Positions 1-11,313 of a DNA stretch of 64,000 nt are shown one piece after another. The first letter of the stretch is position 1, and each line of letters starts with the position of its first letter. The stretch lies in NCBI GenBank assembly GCA_965645245.1, contig OZ287069.1:868001-932000 (forward strand), in the 5' to 3' direction. This DNA comes from Massalongia carnosa (taxonomy: Eukaryota). Both the position numbers and the translations under genes were made by a program. The notes under the pieces are model-generated. The model saw only the letters and a list, made by a program, of their open reading frames with translations, ran no database searches and had not been told where the DNA came from.

Positions 1-398
1 CTGGAGGCGGAAAAGCGCCTAAAGCTTTGAGCAAGGGCGAAGAGATGTTGTTCGGTGGTTCTGGGGCTGGGGAAGTTGAAGCATGAATTTGTGACAGAAT
101 GGAAGGAGAAGACGTTCTAAAGGGAATAATCTCGGTCAGCACCATATCATTGCGTCCCTCACAATTATTGCACTATAGTTGCCTAGATATTGATCGAGGC
201 GACTCACAGCTCTTTGGGCAATATCTTGGATACCCTTTCTTTGATCTCATTTTCCGCTGCGGGCTCGTGCCTTCTCCGCGATCTCGTCGACGATTTGTTA
301 CCAGCCGATCGCCTCTTTGGGTACTCTTCCTGCAAGTATGGACTGTAATCATTCGCTGGGTGGGGATGTTCCAAAGGTTGGTCCGACGGTGAGGGCAT
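1..398 (-). CDS. Hypothetical protein, 5' part only (runs off the window edge); intron 117-207
   Basis: ATG at 398, donor GTGAGT at 207, branch GCTGAC, acceptor TTTAG at 117. The spliced frame stays open to base 1 (..PKEL/TSSPSILSQ..). Confidence 0.6.
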
Positions 399-1478
399 TC
401 ACCAATGTGCTACAGTTTCAAGGCAATATAACGTTTTTCGTTGTGGTTTGCAATGCTATGGAGTGAACTGTTTGTTGCCTTGAGCTGCAGGATGTCTTGT
501 GTTAAAGAACGACGAATCCGGTCAGCTGGACGGGGCCTTCAAGGACCCAGAGGGCAAGTTTTGGTGAAACAATGCCGCTGACAGCAGCAAACGGAATCTA
601 ATTAGTTTTTATGATATAACTTGGCAGAGTTTGCGGGTTTTGCAATTCTAACAAACGATTCAACGCAAGCAGTACTGTCTCTCCAAGATTATATGTGGGT
701 AGGCGGTACGGTGGTGAACTGGGGAGAGGAGTGGAGGGGCAGCCAGAGCTGGAGCTTTAGGTACCGGTATGAAGGGCATGTAATATTACAAGGTGGAGGG
801 GTCGGAGAGCCAATAAATGATCTGAGCGAAAGGGGGATTTCTTCTCCAAACAGCGTTTACAGAGTATTGCAATCCGCTCCTCCATCGTACGTTACTGTAC
901 TCTGTACCCATGGAATCTTTCGATGTCCTCGGTATTCCTGGAGGTATTCTCTACGTATCTTCCTTTGGTACAGGGAGATTGAGTATGAAGCACGAAGATT
1001 ACTGCGGCACAGAATGTCACGTATGGTACATGATGTATGTATGATGTAAGATATATGATGTAAGATGTACCATGTGCTCTGGAGGTGCCTGAAAGACGTC
1101 TCCGATTCCAGGGGAAAGCTGCAAGCGGCGCAGTGAAGCGGCGCAAACAGTGCATAATTCCCGATCGAATCAGCGATATGCTCAAAGTAGGTGCTGTACG
1201 GAGTACTCCGTAAGTACCCCTCCCACAACCATAGGCAATGCTGTCTATGATCCGTTAGATACATGTGATTCGAGGGCATTCTTCTGACTCTGTTGGAGGT
1301 ATAGGAAAAAACCGGAAGAGAAGTGAATGGATACTGAGCCTTTTTGTGCAACTGCGTGTACGCAACCTGCTCCCTTTCGATAAATACAACAAGCCGTTGA
1401 CAGCGCATGACAACAAAGCTCCAAAACACCGCAACCAAATTAATCCCCTAACCCATGATGATAAATTTCCCCATCCGT

Positions 1479-3572
1479 TCAGCTGTAACTCCGACGCCGA
1501 TGATCACGACGATCACGGGACCGCGAAAGGGAACGTGACGGGGTCCGGCGCCGCCTATCACGGGAGCGGGATGGAGAACGTGATTGCGAATACGACCGGG
1601 ACGAGCTGGTGTATGACGAGTAGCTCGAAACAGAACTTTGCGAATCCGAGTTGGATTCCGTCGCCGGCATCACCACCGGTGCCGGCTTTGGTGCGCTCTT
1701 CAGGTGTTCGCGCATTTCATCCGTCAAGCCGCCCATGCCAATGCTGGTAAAGTAGTTGATCGAGAAGCGTGTGTTTCGCGGGTTGTCGGTGGGGAAGATC
1801 CCTTCGTAGTTGGAGCGGAGAACGTCATCCTTCAGGCGCGCTTGCAGCATAGACATGCCGAGCGCCTCGGCAAGATCCTGGAAGAGGATCTTGATGAAGA
1901 TGCGACTGCTGGAAGTGGTCTCATCCTCGTTCAGGTGGATGATGGAGAGGACGTGCCATCCGATACCGTCGGTGCTGAGCATATGACCAAAGAACCGAGC
2001 GATATTCCGCAGCCGGTTAGTCTCGTAGCGATGGATAGTATCATAATACTTGGCAAAGGAAGATTCAAAGAGATCCGTCCACAGACGATTCAATTTCGCG
2101 AAGCGTTCTCCGATGAGTCCATAAAATTTCGAATATGTTCTCTCTTGAGAACAGCATTCAATCACCATAGACGGCAACTCCGACTCCTGGCCTGGAGGGA
2201 GGGTAACCTTCATGAGTTTATGGCAGCATTCCTCAAAGTCAACACTCGACATGATTGTAAGATATATCGTCCTTCGAAGATTGACTAGATCTGTGTTGGT
2301 CTGGTCCTTGATCTCTAAATCCCGCTCCTCTTTGGTTTCCTCATTGTCTGAACTCCCCTCGCTCTCATATTCATCATCATCGCTGCCCTCAACTTCGCCC
2401 AGAATTTCGACTTTGAGCTGTTTGTAGGCCGCTTCATGCTCCTCCCAGTCGGGGTCGAACTTGAATATATTAAGCCCGTCCTGAACTTCAATCTCATCAT
2501 CAAGTTTCGTGTTATGGGTAATTTGATCCTCTTCCTCAACCAAGTCTAGTTCCTCCTTGATCGCCGGGTTATCCTTGTACCGGTCTTTGCGAACCTGGAA
2601 AAGAACCTCGATCATATACTGTACTCTTTTGTCGATATCTTGCTCGTGCAAAATATTTCTGAATTGATCAAACACAGCCAAAGCAATAGGCGCATTCATC
2701 TCCTCGATGTGCTGCCCTACTTCTCTGGTTAGACCTACCGCAATTTCGACGCTGTCATCGGTAGGCTTGTTCAACAAAAGAAGCAAAATCTGGGCTGCAA
2801 GAATCTCGTGCGCAACCTGCTGATTGCAAAGATGTGCAATGAACGTGGTAGACGACAAACACACAGCCTTGTCATTTCTCTTGTACGCTTTCTTGAACTG
2901 TACGATAAGTCTGTGCAGCAGAAGCTCGCCAACCTGGGGAAGCTTTGTATTAACAATGGCAGCCATAGTAGCATAAATAGGCGTAAACGGCAAACTAGCA
3001 GCTTGTGCTTTCATAATGCTCCGGCAAAACAAGCCTCGTCCGCGGACTAGATTCTCTCCAAATAGCTCAGGGACAATGTGCTTAATGTTTGAAACATTGA
3101 CCTTATTAATCAGCCCATTGATTGACTTTTTCAAAGCCTCCCAAGCCATTCGCTGGTACTCCTTGCTTTTCTTGTCCGTGATCTGTGCCTGCAAAGCTCG
3201 TAGCCTCGCCGGTGGGATATAAGTACCCCCGGAACGCATGTTTAGCAACTTCTCATACTCTACCTTGGCTGCCGCTTGTTTCTCTTCCTCGGTCAATGGT
3301 TTGGTAGCAGGGTTGTGGTCCCGCTGGCGCAAACGCTCAGCGAGTTGGCGTTCACGCTCCATTGCACGCTGAGGGTCGACATCCTGAAACGCAGAGCCTG
3401 TGTAAGCTTGGCGCCGAGGAGGCGAGCGTTGGGGACGTGATTGTCGAGGGGGTGAGCGTCGACGAACTGGAGAGGATGAGCGCGATGGAGGGGATCGTTT
3501 TCGACTTGTGGGAGGGTGTGTTGGGTATGCATCTAGGGGCGGGGGGGTTGGGAGGCGCACAGCAGACTGCAT
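1479..3572 (-). CDS. CWC22: Pre-mRNA splicing factor Cwc22 (MIF4G + MA3 domains, RS-rich ends)
   Basis: 697-aa ORF with GGTYIPPARLR, YQRMAWEALKKSINGLINKVN, RRTIYLTIMSS and NTRFSINYFTSIGMG. Confidence 0.97.
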   Translation of the reverse strand: MQSAVRLPTPPPLDAYPTHPPTSRKRSPPSRSSSPVRRRSPPRQSRPQRSPPRRQAYTGSAFQDVDPQRAMERERQLAERLRQRDHNPATKPLTEEEKQAAAKVEYEKLLNMRSGGTYIPPARLRALQAQITDKKSKEYQRMAWEALKKSINGLINKVNVSNIKHIVPELFGENLVRGRGLFCRSIMKAQAASLPFTPIYATMAAIVNTKLPQVGELLLHRLIVQFKKAYKRNDKAVCLSSTTFIAHLCNQQVAHEILAAQILLLLLNKPTDDSVEIAVGLTREVGQHIEEMNAPIALAVFDQFRNILHEQDIDKRVQYMIEVLFQVRKDRYKDNPAIKEELDLVEEEDQITHNTKLDDEIEVQDGLNIFKFDPDWEEHEAAYKQLKVEILGEVEGSDDDEYESEGSSDNEETKEERDLEIKDQTNTDLVNLRRTIYLTIMSSVDFEECCHKLMKVTLPPGQESELPSMVIECCSQERTYSKFYGLIGERFAKLNRLWTDLFESSFAKYYDTIHRYETNRLRNIARFFGHMLSTDGIGWHVLSIIHLNEDETTSSSRIFIKILFQDLAEALGMSMLQARLKDDVLRSNYEGIFPTDNPRNTRFSINYFTSIGMGGLTDEMREHLKSAPKPAPVVMPATESNSDSQSSVSSYSSYTSSSRSYSQSRSPSRSRDRRRRTPSRSLSRSRDRRDHRRRSYS

Positions 3573-3829
3573 CTTGATGAGATCAGGCTCAAGGTTGCTA
3601 CATCCAGTTTAAGCTTTTGACGCGGTGAAGATAAACTCGAGGGTAGAGGCTGTTGGCTGTTGGACAAGTTACGAGCACTTGAGGTTTAATTTCGAGCAAC
3701 TCGCCTACTACGGGTTAGCGTGACATGAAACCCAAATGAGTGAAAACGAGCCCTAACACGTCGAGTGCACCTTCCGATTGTTCCTTCACAATCGCCCAAA
3801 CCCCACGCTCCTTATAGATCCTCGCAAAC

Positions 3830-4302
3830 ATGGTGACTACACTTCCTCCCTCTCCTCCTGTTCTGTCCTTCCCCTTCATACCCCCAAGGACACCACTAAC
3901 CCCTTTAAACCAGCTCGACAAACTCGTCGGCCTGGCAATGCTCATCTTCGCCTCGGCAGTCTTCCTGTACTACACCACCTGGACTCTCTTCATGGTAATC
4001 TGATCTCACTCCTCCTTCCACTCCTCTAGGCAAAGCTCTTCAATCAATCATCAATCGATCAGTCAAGTCAAATCAAATAACTAATCCCCCTCTCCTCCCC
4101 ACCAAATCAGCCCTTCGTCGACCCAGGTCATCCCCTCCATGATCTCTTCCCGCCCCGCGTGTGGGCCATTCGCATTCCCATGATTCTGATCCTGCTCGGC
4201 TCGGCGGTTGTGGGCAGTTTCCTCAGCATGGTTATGATACGGAGTAATCGAAAAAAGGCCGCGAAGAGCAAGGCGGCGGCGGTAGGAAAGAAGAATACTT
4301 AA
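3830..4302 (+). CDS. DPM2: Dolichol-phosphate mannosyltransferase subunit 2; exons 3830-3832, 3914-3994, 4111-4302
   Basis: Spliced product MLDKLVGLAMLIFASAVFLYYTTWTLFMPFVDPGHPLHDLFPPRVWAIRIP.., which carries the FxYYTxW..PF DPM2 signature. Both introns have branch sites. Confidence 0.9.
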
Positions 4303-4902
4303 AGCAAAAGTGATAGGGGTAGATATATCGAGTTAGTTCTGGGATGGAGGACAATGTAAGCAAAACAAGCGCTGTTTAGATAGGGGAAACAAAAGAGGGT
4401 CGTCTTGGGCGCCGTGATGTACTGAGCGGTCTCGAAGTTATCCCGCTTTCTACGTACTCTATCGTCAGTCGGATTTCATTGATATTCACATTTTATTTTC
4501 GCGTTACACAATAGTTTCGTCCTATTATGACATAGATGCTAACTTGAGCGAAATGTATTTCCTCAACATCCGCCTTCCATGTGGTCCATCCAAAAGAAAA
4601 CAAAGCATTATTATCTGTATCTTAAACGAGCCGCCACCATCAGTCTTTCAGTCATCTCTGCCATCGGTGTAGACGATCCTACTGATCGTCAACCCATGCA
4701 ATAAACTGATCTCCTTGCACTGTTTTGCCCGACAGCTCTAGCGCAGCAATTCGAGCATCACTTGCGTTTGAAAAGATCACATATCCATGGCGCGCCGGCT
4801 AGTTCACAAAAAGGTTGGCAATTGATATCGCTTCGCTAAAACGATGTAGATTTCCGAGTTAGCTATTGCTCTTAAACCTAAATGAGTCAAAATACTGACT
4901 AG

Positions 4903-6156
4903 TTATACCGGAAAATAAGGATTTCTAGGTTTAGTATCACCATGGAGGATATTTTTCCAGCATAAACTCTCCTTCCTAAGAAAATGGGGCGTGACCGTAG
5001 CGGTCGGCACTGGATGGGATATCTTGTTGGTTTGGCTCCGTTGCTGTTCATCGTATGACTCTAGGCTTGCTGGTCGCTCTCTTTCGACTGGCACACCGTG
5101 AGCTACCCGAGGTCCTCCACTTCCTAGCCGTCGGCGGTTGATCATAGGTTCAATGCTCATCCAGTGTGAAAGACGCGATTCCTGAAAGCGGTCATGGGAT
5201 TCTTCGTTGATAAAGCTGTTGTCGATTTTAGCAGCATTTGAGAGCTGAAGGGGTTCGGCAGAAGCATCAAGATAAGAAGTCTGCTCCTTTAAAGTGGATG
5301 CCGAGTCTTCATCCACCCCGTCATTACCAGTTCTTGAGAACCTATCACCGGGTTCTCTAGCGCTCGTAGTTTGAAAGCCTTGAGACCCGAGCGAAGGGTT
5401 ATTTTCCTTGTCATCATCGTGTTCGTATGCTAATGGACGGTTCGTCGCTATCGGCCGACCAGGGCAGCCATTAAAACGGCTGCCAAATATTAATTGATGG
5501 TGGATGGTGAGTGATCGATTTTGGAAAGACTCTGTGCTCTCAGTTCTGGCTGCAGCCCCGCTCGAATCTAGTGGTGTCTGCAAACTCGCCGATTGCCAAG
5601 GACTACGAGTACTCGGCTCCCCATCGGCTTGAGACGCTTCCGCAGGTTGTCGTGGATCCTTCATCGCTATCGTCTTGTAGCGGGCTGGCTGTATCTTGCG
5701 GGATGTAGCACGATAATTTTTTTCGCGTATATCAAGGTTTTCACGACTCTCGAGCCTCTCACATCTCTCACATCTCATACGCCTTATTTGTCTTTCACAT
5801 CTTTCACATCTCTCACGCCTCCCACATTGCCCACATCTATCCCTGATCTCTGATGTGCTAGCTTTCTCAAAACCATGAGCTTCAAAGCCAAAAAAATGCT
5901 CGTCAGCTATCCTTGTCATGGCAACCTGCTGTAATAAGTTCTGAAAATGATGGCAAGCCAAAGAAATCTCTTGCTCATAATTCTTGCGGTGCGGATTCGT
6001 GGGATCCCTCCAGGTTTCCGGTCCAAGATCATCAGCCACGGCCTCCCAATACAGTCGCACCTTTTCCATATGGTGCTCAGCTCGATTGATCTCATATTCC
6101 AAGGCCCTACCTGGAGCGGTAGGTCTTTTTTCCGCAAGTTTAGCATAAGAATCCAT
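4903..6156 (-). CDS. Hypothetical protein with Cys/Arg (RCE) repeats; probably has a further short 3' exon near 4755-4832
   Basis: 417-aa ORF. A GTATAA donor lies at its end, with GCTAAC branch and TTTAG acceptor downstream. Confidence 0.6.
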   Translation of the reverse strand: MDSYAKLAEKRPTAPGRALEYEINRAEHHMEKVRLYWEAVADDLGPETWRDPTNPHRKNYEQEISLACHHFQNLLQQVAMTRIADEHFFGFEAHGFEKASTSEIRDRCGQCGRRERCERCERQIRRMRCERCERLESRENLDIREKNYRATSRKIQPARYKTIAMKDPRQPAEASQADGEPSTRSPWQSASLQTPLDSSGAAARTESTESFQNRSLTIHHQLIFGSRFNGCPGRPIATNRPLAYEHDDDKENNPSLGSQGFQTTSAREPGDRFSRTGNDGVDEDSASTLKEQTSYLDASAEPLQLSNAAKIDNSFINEESHDRFQESRLSHWMSIEPMINRRRLGSGGPRVAHGVPVERERPASLESYDEQQRSQTNKISHPVPTATVTPHFLRKESLCWKNILHGDTKPRNPYFPV

Positions 6157-6292
6157 TTCTAAGAGTTATCGTAGCGTCCGAGGCTACAATTTCTCCCATT
6201 TATTTTTTAATTGAGTGTTCAGCAGGCACCAAACGTAGCTAAGCTTGCGTTATGATGTGATTATAATATGTACTAAACATTAACGGGGCTTA

Positions 6293-9100
6293 CTAACTGT
6301 AGGTCTCTAGAGGTGAGATAGTGATATAGCTCTCGGCGTGACTTTCCTCTAGTTTCGATCCGCTCATGAGTGAAGCTTGATTCATCAGTCTTGTTATTTT
6401 TGATGGGGAATGAAATTGAGAGATTGAATAAAGCATCCAAATAGCGAGTGAAAAAAGACTCGGGAGAAAAAACTGGGTCGGTCCTGTTGCACTTGCCTGG
6501 ATTATCAGGACTCTTGCATAATGGACCAAAGAAACCAACTTGTTAACAGGCTGTGATTGGTAACTTTATGTATGCCTTGACGAAGTCTTTCTATGATTGA
6601 ATTATATATAAAAGGTAGACTCCAGGATTGAATATCCAATACTCCAAAAAGCTTATACGCGAGGAAGCATGTGAACATCCCAAATGCAATTCACACATGT
6701 AGAGAAAATCTCTACATCCCAATGAATCTCAATTGTGTCTTCCACTACTTGTTCCAGATCCATGGCACAATTTTCAAGTCTAACGAATAAAAGTTTCCAA
6801 CAAAATAGAAGCACGAGATGCCAAAACTTCTATTTCGCCGTCTTTTCGACCTGTCTTCCCACATACTATGAACCTTCGCGAAGCCTTCATCTGTGAGAAA
6901 TTAACGCCGAGGCCGATGTACTCACGGGTTTCTGCTTCGAGTTCTCGCCTTTGGATACAATGCAGCATGTTATCTTATCCCAGCTTCTCCATCCAAGATG
7001 AGACGTCCTGGCGGGTTGCTTTGTGAAGTTCCGGTACTCGAAGAGGTATCTGCCCTTCGGTGTACTTGGATTTGTCGAATCACCATGTTTTTCTTCTCGT
7101 CATCTGGAAAAATAACTTCGGGTTGATACCTAATTTGGTTAAGCTGATGGAAGTGGCTATAAGATAAGCATGGTAGGTTTGGTCCTAAGCTGAATGGAAT
7201 ATCATGTTGAAAATAATACGTGCTCCTTGAAAGCGCTGTCAGTAACCGCGAATTAATTGATCTAGGATTACCTACATCAACGGTCTCGGCGGCCCTGGCG
7301 GCCCTGGCGGCCCAGCCACCTGTACATATAGAGGAGGTAAGGATGCCTTCTCCTTCGAAATGCTAAATCCACTTGAAGACCGCTGATGACGTTTGGTGAT
7401 CATCGAAGGTTCTCGTTTGGGCCTATACGTGGTAGACTCAAAATAGTTGATACTACTGGGCCGATCCGAACTCAGGGCTGCAAGAACCCTTGCCTCGCTG
7501 CTGCCCTCGTAATGCTCCGTCAGCTGGGCAGATAACAGCAAACCATCCCATACAATGCCAACAACGGCAGCTATTTGACTTTGTTAGCAGAAAATTATCC
7601 AAACGAAGGAGAGAACATGCCGAGCGCCTTCCAGGCATCTTCTAGATCAAAAACCGGGCAGATGGCTGTTTCCAATCGAATCTTCACATTTCCAGGCTGT
7701 CCGTCTATGTTGTCCCGGATGAAATCCTTTGGGATTTTCCATCCGTTTTCTCTCTGCCACGCGTCGGGTATTTTGTAGCAATGTGCATTCGCCGAACTCC
7801 GGTCAAGAATTATACTCGTGATCGTAATTTGGTAATCGTTCACCAGAGCTTCCGATGCAGTCGACATCACTACAAGGGCCTTAAATGGTACTTTTTTGAT
7901 AACTAGCAATGCTTAAGTAGACCTGAAGTCTCTCAAAACAGACAAGAGGTGTTTGCAAGCCCAGACTGGGAGGATTTCCGCTCTGTTATCTCTTTGTGAA
8001 GAATAGAGCATATATCTTGTAATTCCACCAAGAAACTCGACAGGATGCGGATGCTTAGCTGAATCTTACTTTCATGAAGATGCACAATGAAAAGTATTGA
8101 TCATTTGCTGATTTGGTATCATTTCCAATAAGTCGTCCTCAATTTCATCAAACAGCTTAACTACCAGGTAGGCCTCAGAATTTTCCTCCTTTACGGCCCT
8201 TCTTATAGGTCTCAGGTTGCCGAACTACCAAGGGGAAGTCACTTGTGGGCAAGCTCAAATGCACACCCTGATTCTCAGAGCTAGAAATTTCTGTGACGCG
8301 CCAAAAAAAGTCAAATGATCTCCTTGCAGAAAGCAGAGAGAAATGCTTACACCCTGTAGAATTGACTGTAGATTTCAGATCCTACGCCATGTTCTAAGCA
8401 TCTGCTCCGCAATGCCCAGTCCTGAACCCGAATCAACACTGCGTCTAAACTTCATGCAGAGAACCGATTCTATTCTCAAATCGGAAGCTAGGCTAGGAAG
8501 CATGGCAAATGAATGCCATAGATTATGAAGAATGATGTCAAGACCAAAGCATAGAAGAGATAGAAGAAAAGATAATTTAGTTTGGGCGGAAATATAGTTA
8601 TTGAGCTGTTTACCCCTCGTCAATATTCATAGACTCTTGTAGAACGGGGTTGGACTTCGTTACTATCCTACAGCAGTCCGACAGGCATCTAACATCCGGA
8701 GGACGAGCCTAATGTCGGACCCGTCAGTGTACCAGTATCATATTGAGTAGGAGGTATTCATCTGATCCGCTGCCACCCCAAGACCAACTAGGATGCTGGC
8801 TAAAGGTGGGGTCTTACCAGCTGTATGGGTCCAATAATGTATTTGTGACATGTCTCAAGTGATGAACCCTGTGGTCTTTTCTGCTGTGTGTAGAACAGGC
8901 GTGTCAATCAAAATCCGGTGGGGAATCGATGCCTAATAAAAACGCTAAACCACAAGAATTGTGTCTAGATCGTTTATCTCTTCCAAATCTTTGTCCGGCA
9001 ATCAGAGATAAACTTGGGGACGAGGTAACGACTTCTTCAGATAATGAACCAAGCCTTCCATAAAAACTTTTCCTAGTGTAACGGTCTCTCGGTCCTCGAC
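6293..9100 (-). pseudogene. Probable degenerate gene remnant(s)
   Basis: ORF pieces 8375-8623 and 7595-7909 share one reading frame interrupted by stops. Hydrophobic TM-like fragments lie at about 6300-6700. I recognise no family. Confidence 0.3.
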
Positions 9101-9705
9101 GGACGCCTCTCGGCACTGACGTCGAGGAAAGGGCGAGCATTTTGCAGTTGAATTTCATGACCAGCTCAGACTAGTTTGCAGACCTATTCCCAGCTACAAG
9201 CTCTTTTATCTGCACGATCCCAGATCCCTAAATCCCCCGGTTGGTAACTTCCACGCCAATTTAGGATGCACATCGGGAATACCTCAAGATCAGCATGATC
9301 AAGGGGTGAAGGAAAATGTGATATCAATGTAAAACGGGCGGCAAGCTTGATTACACGGATAAGGCGTAGCACTATGCGGCTAAACGAAAAGGTGCATCAA
9401 CTTAGAATCCCCAAGGTTTTAAATCTTGATATTGAGGTGGAGGAGTAGCATAAGAGGCGCAATATGACACTCACAGGGATGATTCCTGGGGTTTTCGTGG
9501 GGTTGCCATGCACTGATCATGCCTGCAGATGAAGTGCAGAAAATATCCCCATGTCTTGAATGTCATACGTCTAAACTGACTAATGTAAGTTGCTGCCAAA
9601 ACGCATGGAATGCAGGTTCATATGCCCAGATTGAGCACTTATGTATGAGCGTCGCATTAAATACCGCACAGCGCGAGTCATCACCTTCCCCTTGGTTTCC
9701 AACTC

Positions 9706-10497
9706 TTAGAGACTACCCCGCCGTGGGAAGCTAACTCCCTCCACAGCTGCGGAATCAGTGAACCAGCTCACCCTCTCGCCTCCACCTTCATTCACTAAGC
9801 CACATGGCAGGCTTCTCCCTTCGTCGGTGTCTAGAATCTCCCTCAAAATATCTTTCTTGCCTGCTCCCGTTGCAATGAACGCTATCTTGATTCCATGTGT
9901 GACGACTGGCAATGACAAGGTGATTCTTCGGGGGGGTGGTTTTGGACTATCTTCAATCGCGGCCACCCAAGCGTTGGCTTCGCGTAGGAGTTCGTGATTG
10001 GGGAAAAGCGAACATGTGTGTCCATCAGGCCCACAACCAAGTAGAAGGAGATCAAAAATGGGGATCTTCACGCTGTCTTTTGCTGCAAATGATCTCATCA
10101 ACTTACCCTGATACTGATCTGCCAGCTCCTGTATATCGTCTAGGTATTTCACGTCGATGGGATGTACCGTGGGTTGGCGTTGGTCTTTCGGTATCTTGTC
10201 GAGGAGATCTTCCTTCAAAAGCTTGTAATTGCTATCAGCGTGGTCGAGAGGTACAGCTCGCTCATCCGCGAAAAATATCTCCCACGTTTGGAAATCTATG
10301 GTCTCTTCGCTATTCGCATGTCCGGGTTTAAGCAATGCTTTTGCAAGAATTTGTGGTAGCGACCCGCCGGACACCGCCACTTTAAACGTCCCGTGACGTT
10401 CTAAACCAGCATTTTGGCATTGAAGCACATATATGCGAAGGGATCTTGCTAGGGAATCGATACTACCAAACGTGTACAAGTTTTGCTGTTTACCCAT
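9706..10497 (-). CDS. 6-phosphogluconolactonase (Sol/Pgl family)
   Basis: Motifs VAVSGGSLP, FFADERAVP, DLLLLGCGPDGHTCSLFP and DSPKPPPRRIT. Confidence 0.95.
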   Translation of the reverse strand: MGKQQNLYTFGSIDSLARSLRIYVLQCQNAGLERHGTFKVAVSGGSLPQILAKALLKPGHANSEETIDFQTWEIFFADERAVPLDHADSNYKLLKEDLLDKIPKDQRQPTVHPIDVKYLDDIQELADQYQGKLMRSFAAKDSVKIPIFDLLLLGCGPDGHTCSLFPNHELLREANAWVAAIEDSPKPPPRRITLSLPVVTHGIKIAFIATGAGKKDILREILDTDEGRSLPCGLVNEGGGERVSWFTDSAAVEGVSFPRRGSL

Positions 10498-11313
10498 GTT
10501 GATTGTGGCAACTAGAGGAGGTCGCAGGCCAAGACTGAAGTATATGTATATTATTCTTTTTTGGAGCTGACCGTTGCCTGACGGCAGAGTTGACAGCTAA
10601 CCCAATCAGCTTCGCTTACATTATAGGGTCCTGAAGGGTGCACTCACGCCTCCTTGACTGCTTCTCTTTTCTTAGAGTTCTCCGGTCTTTTTGGAATTAC
10701 CGGTAGTTGGACGGGATAATTGAACTTAGAGAGAGGGTTTTGTCTGCTACAATTCATGACGTTGTCCATAAATCTACTCCGTAATGAGGATGCCTTGCAA
10801 CTCGGGTAAACAACGGGGACCGAATGGGCGACCAAGATGACACGGTGACTAAGGTTGTAATCGAGGTTATCCGAGGTCTACGGAGTTAAACGCTGTGGAT
10901 CCAAGATCGAGATTTGAAATGCTCTGATATCACCAATATGCACGACGGTCATCATAAGGATAACAGGTATGACGATCAAACCGTTGATCTACTCTGTACC
11001 ACTCTACTACCCCAAACATTGTCGCAACGAAGAAGACCTTTCGCTTGGCGCTGGGACAATGTGGCGTGATGACTTGCATGAATAATTAAATCGTGCATTA
11101 CAGAGTACGCGCTTTGCTTGATCTCCATTTTCTTGACACGATTCCCCGTAATAATGATACCTGTAAGAGGAAGTTTCAATTCCTCGGTTCTGTGCTTTCA
11201 TTGATTGGATTTTTGCAAATGATTGACTTTCAGCGTTTTCAATTCGGGCTTTCCTTGATCATTAATGCGGACACTAGGAATTTCGTCGTTTCGAGTACGA
11301 AGAATGACACGGA

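Noticed and set aside
621..1438. ORFs 621-1049 and 857-1438, and the many short antisense or overlapping ORFs in the track
   Set aside because: They have non-ATG starts or no recognisable motifs, or are shadows of real genes.
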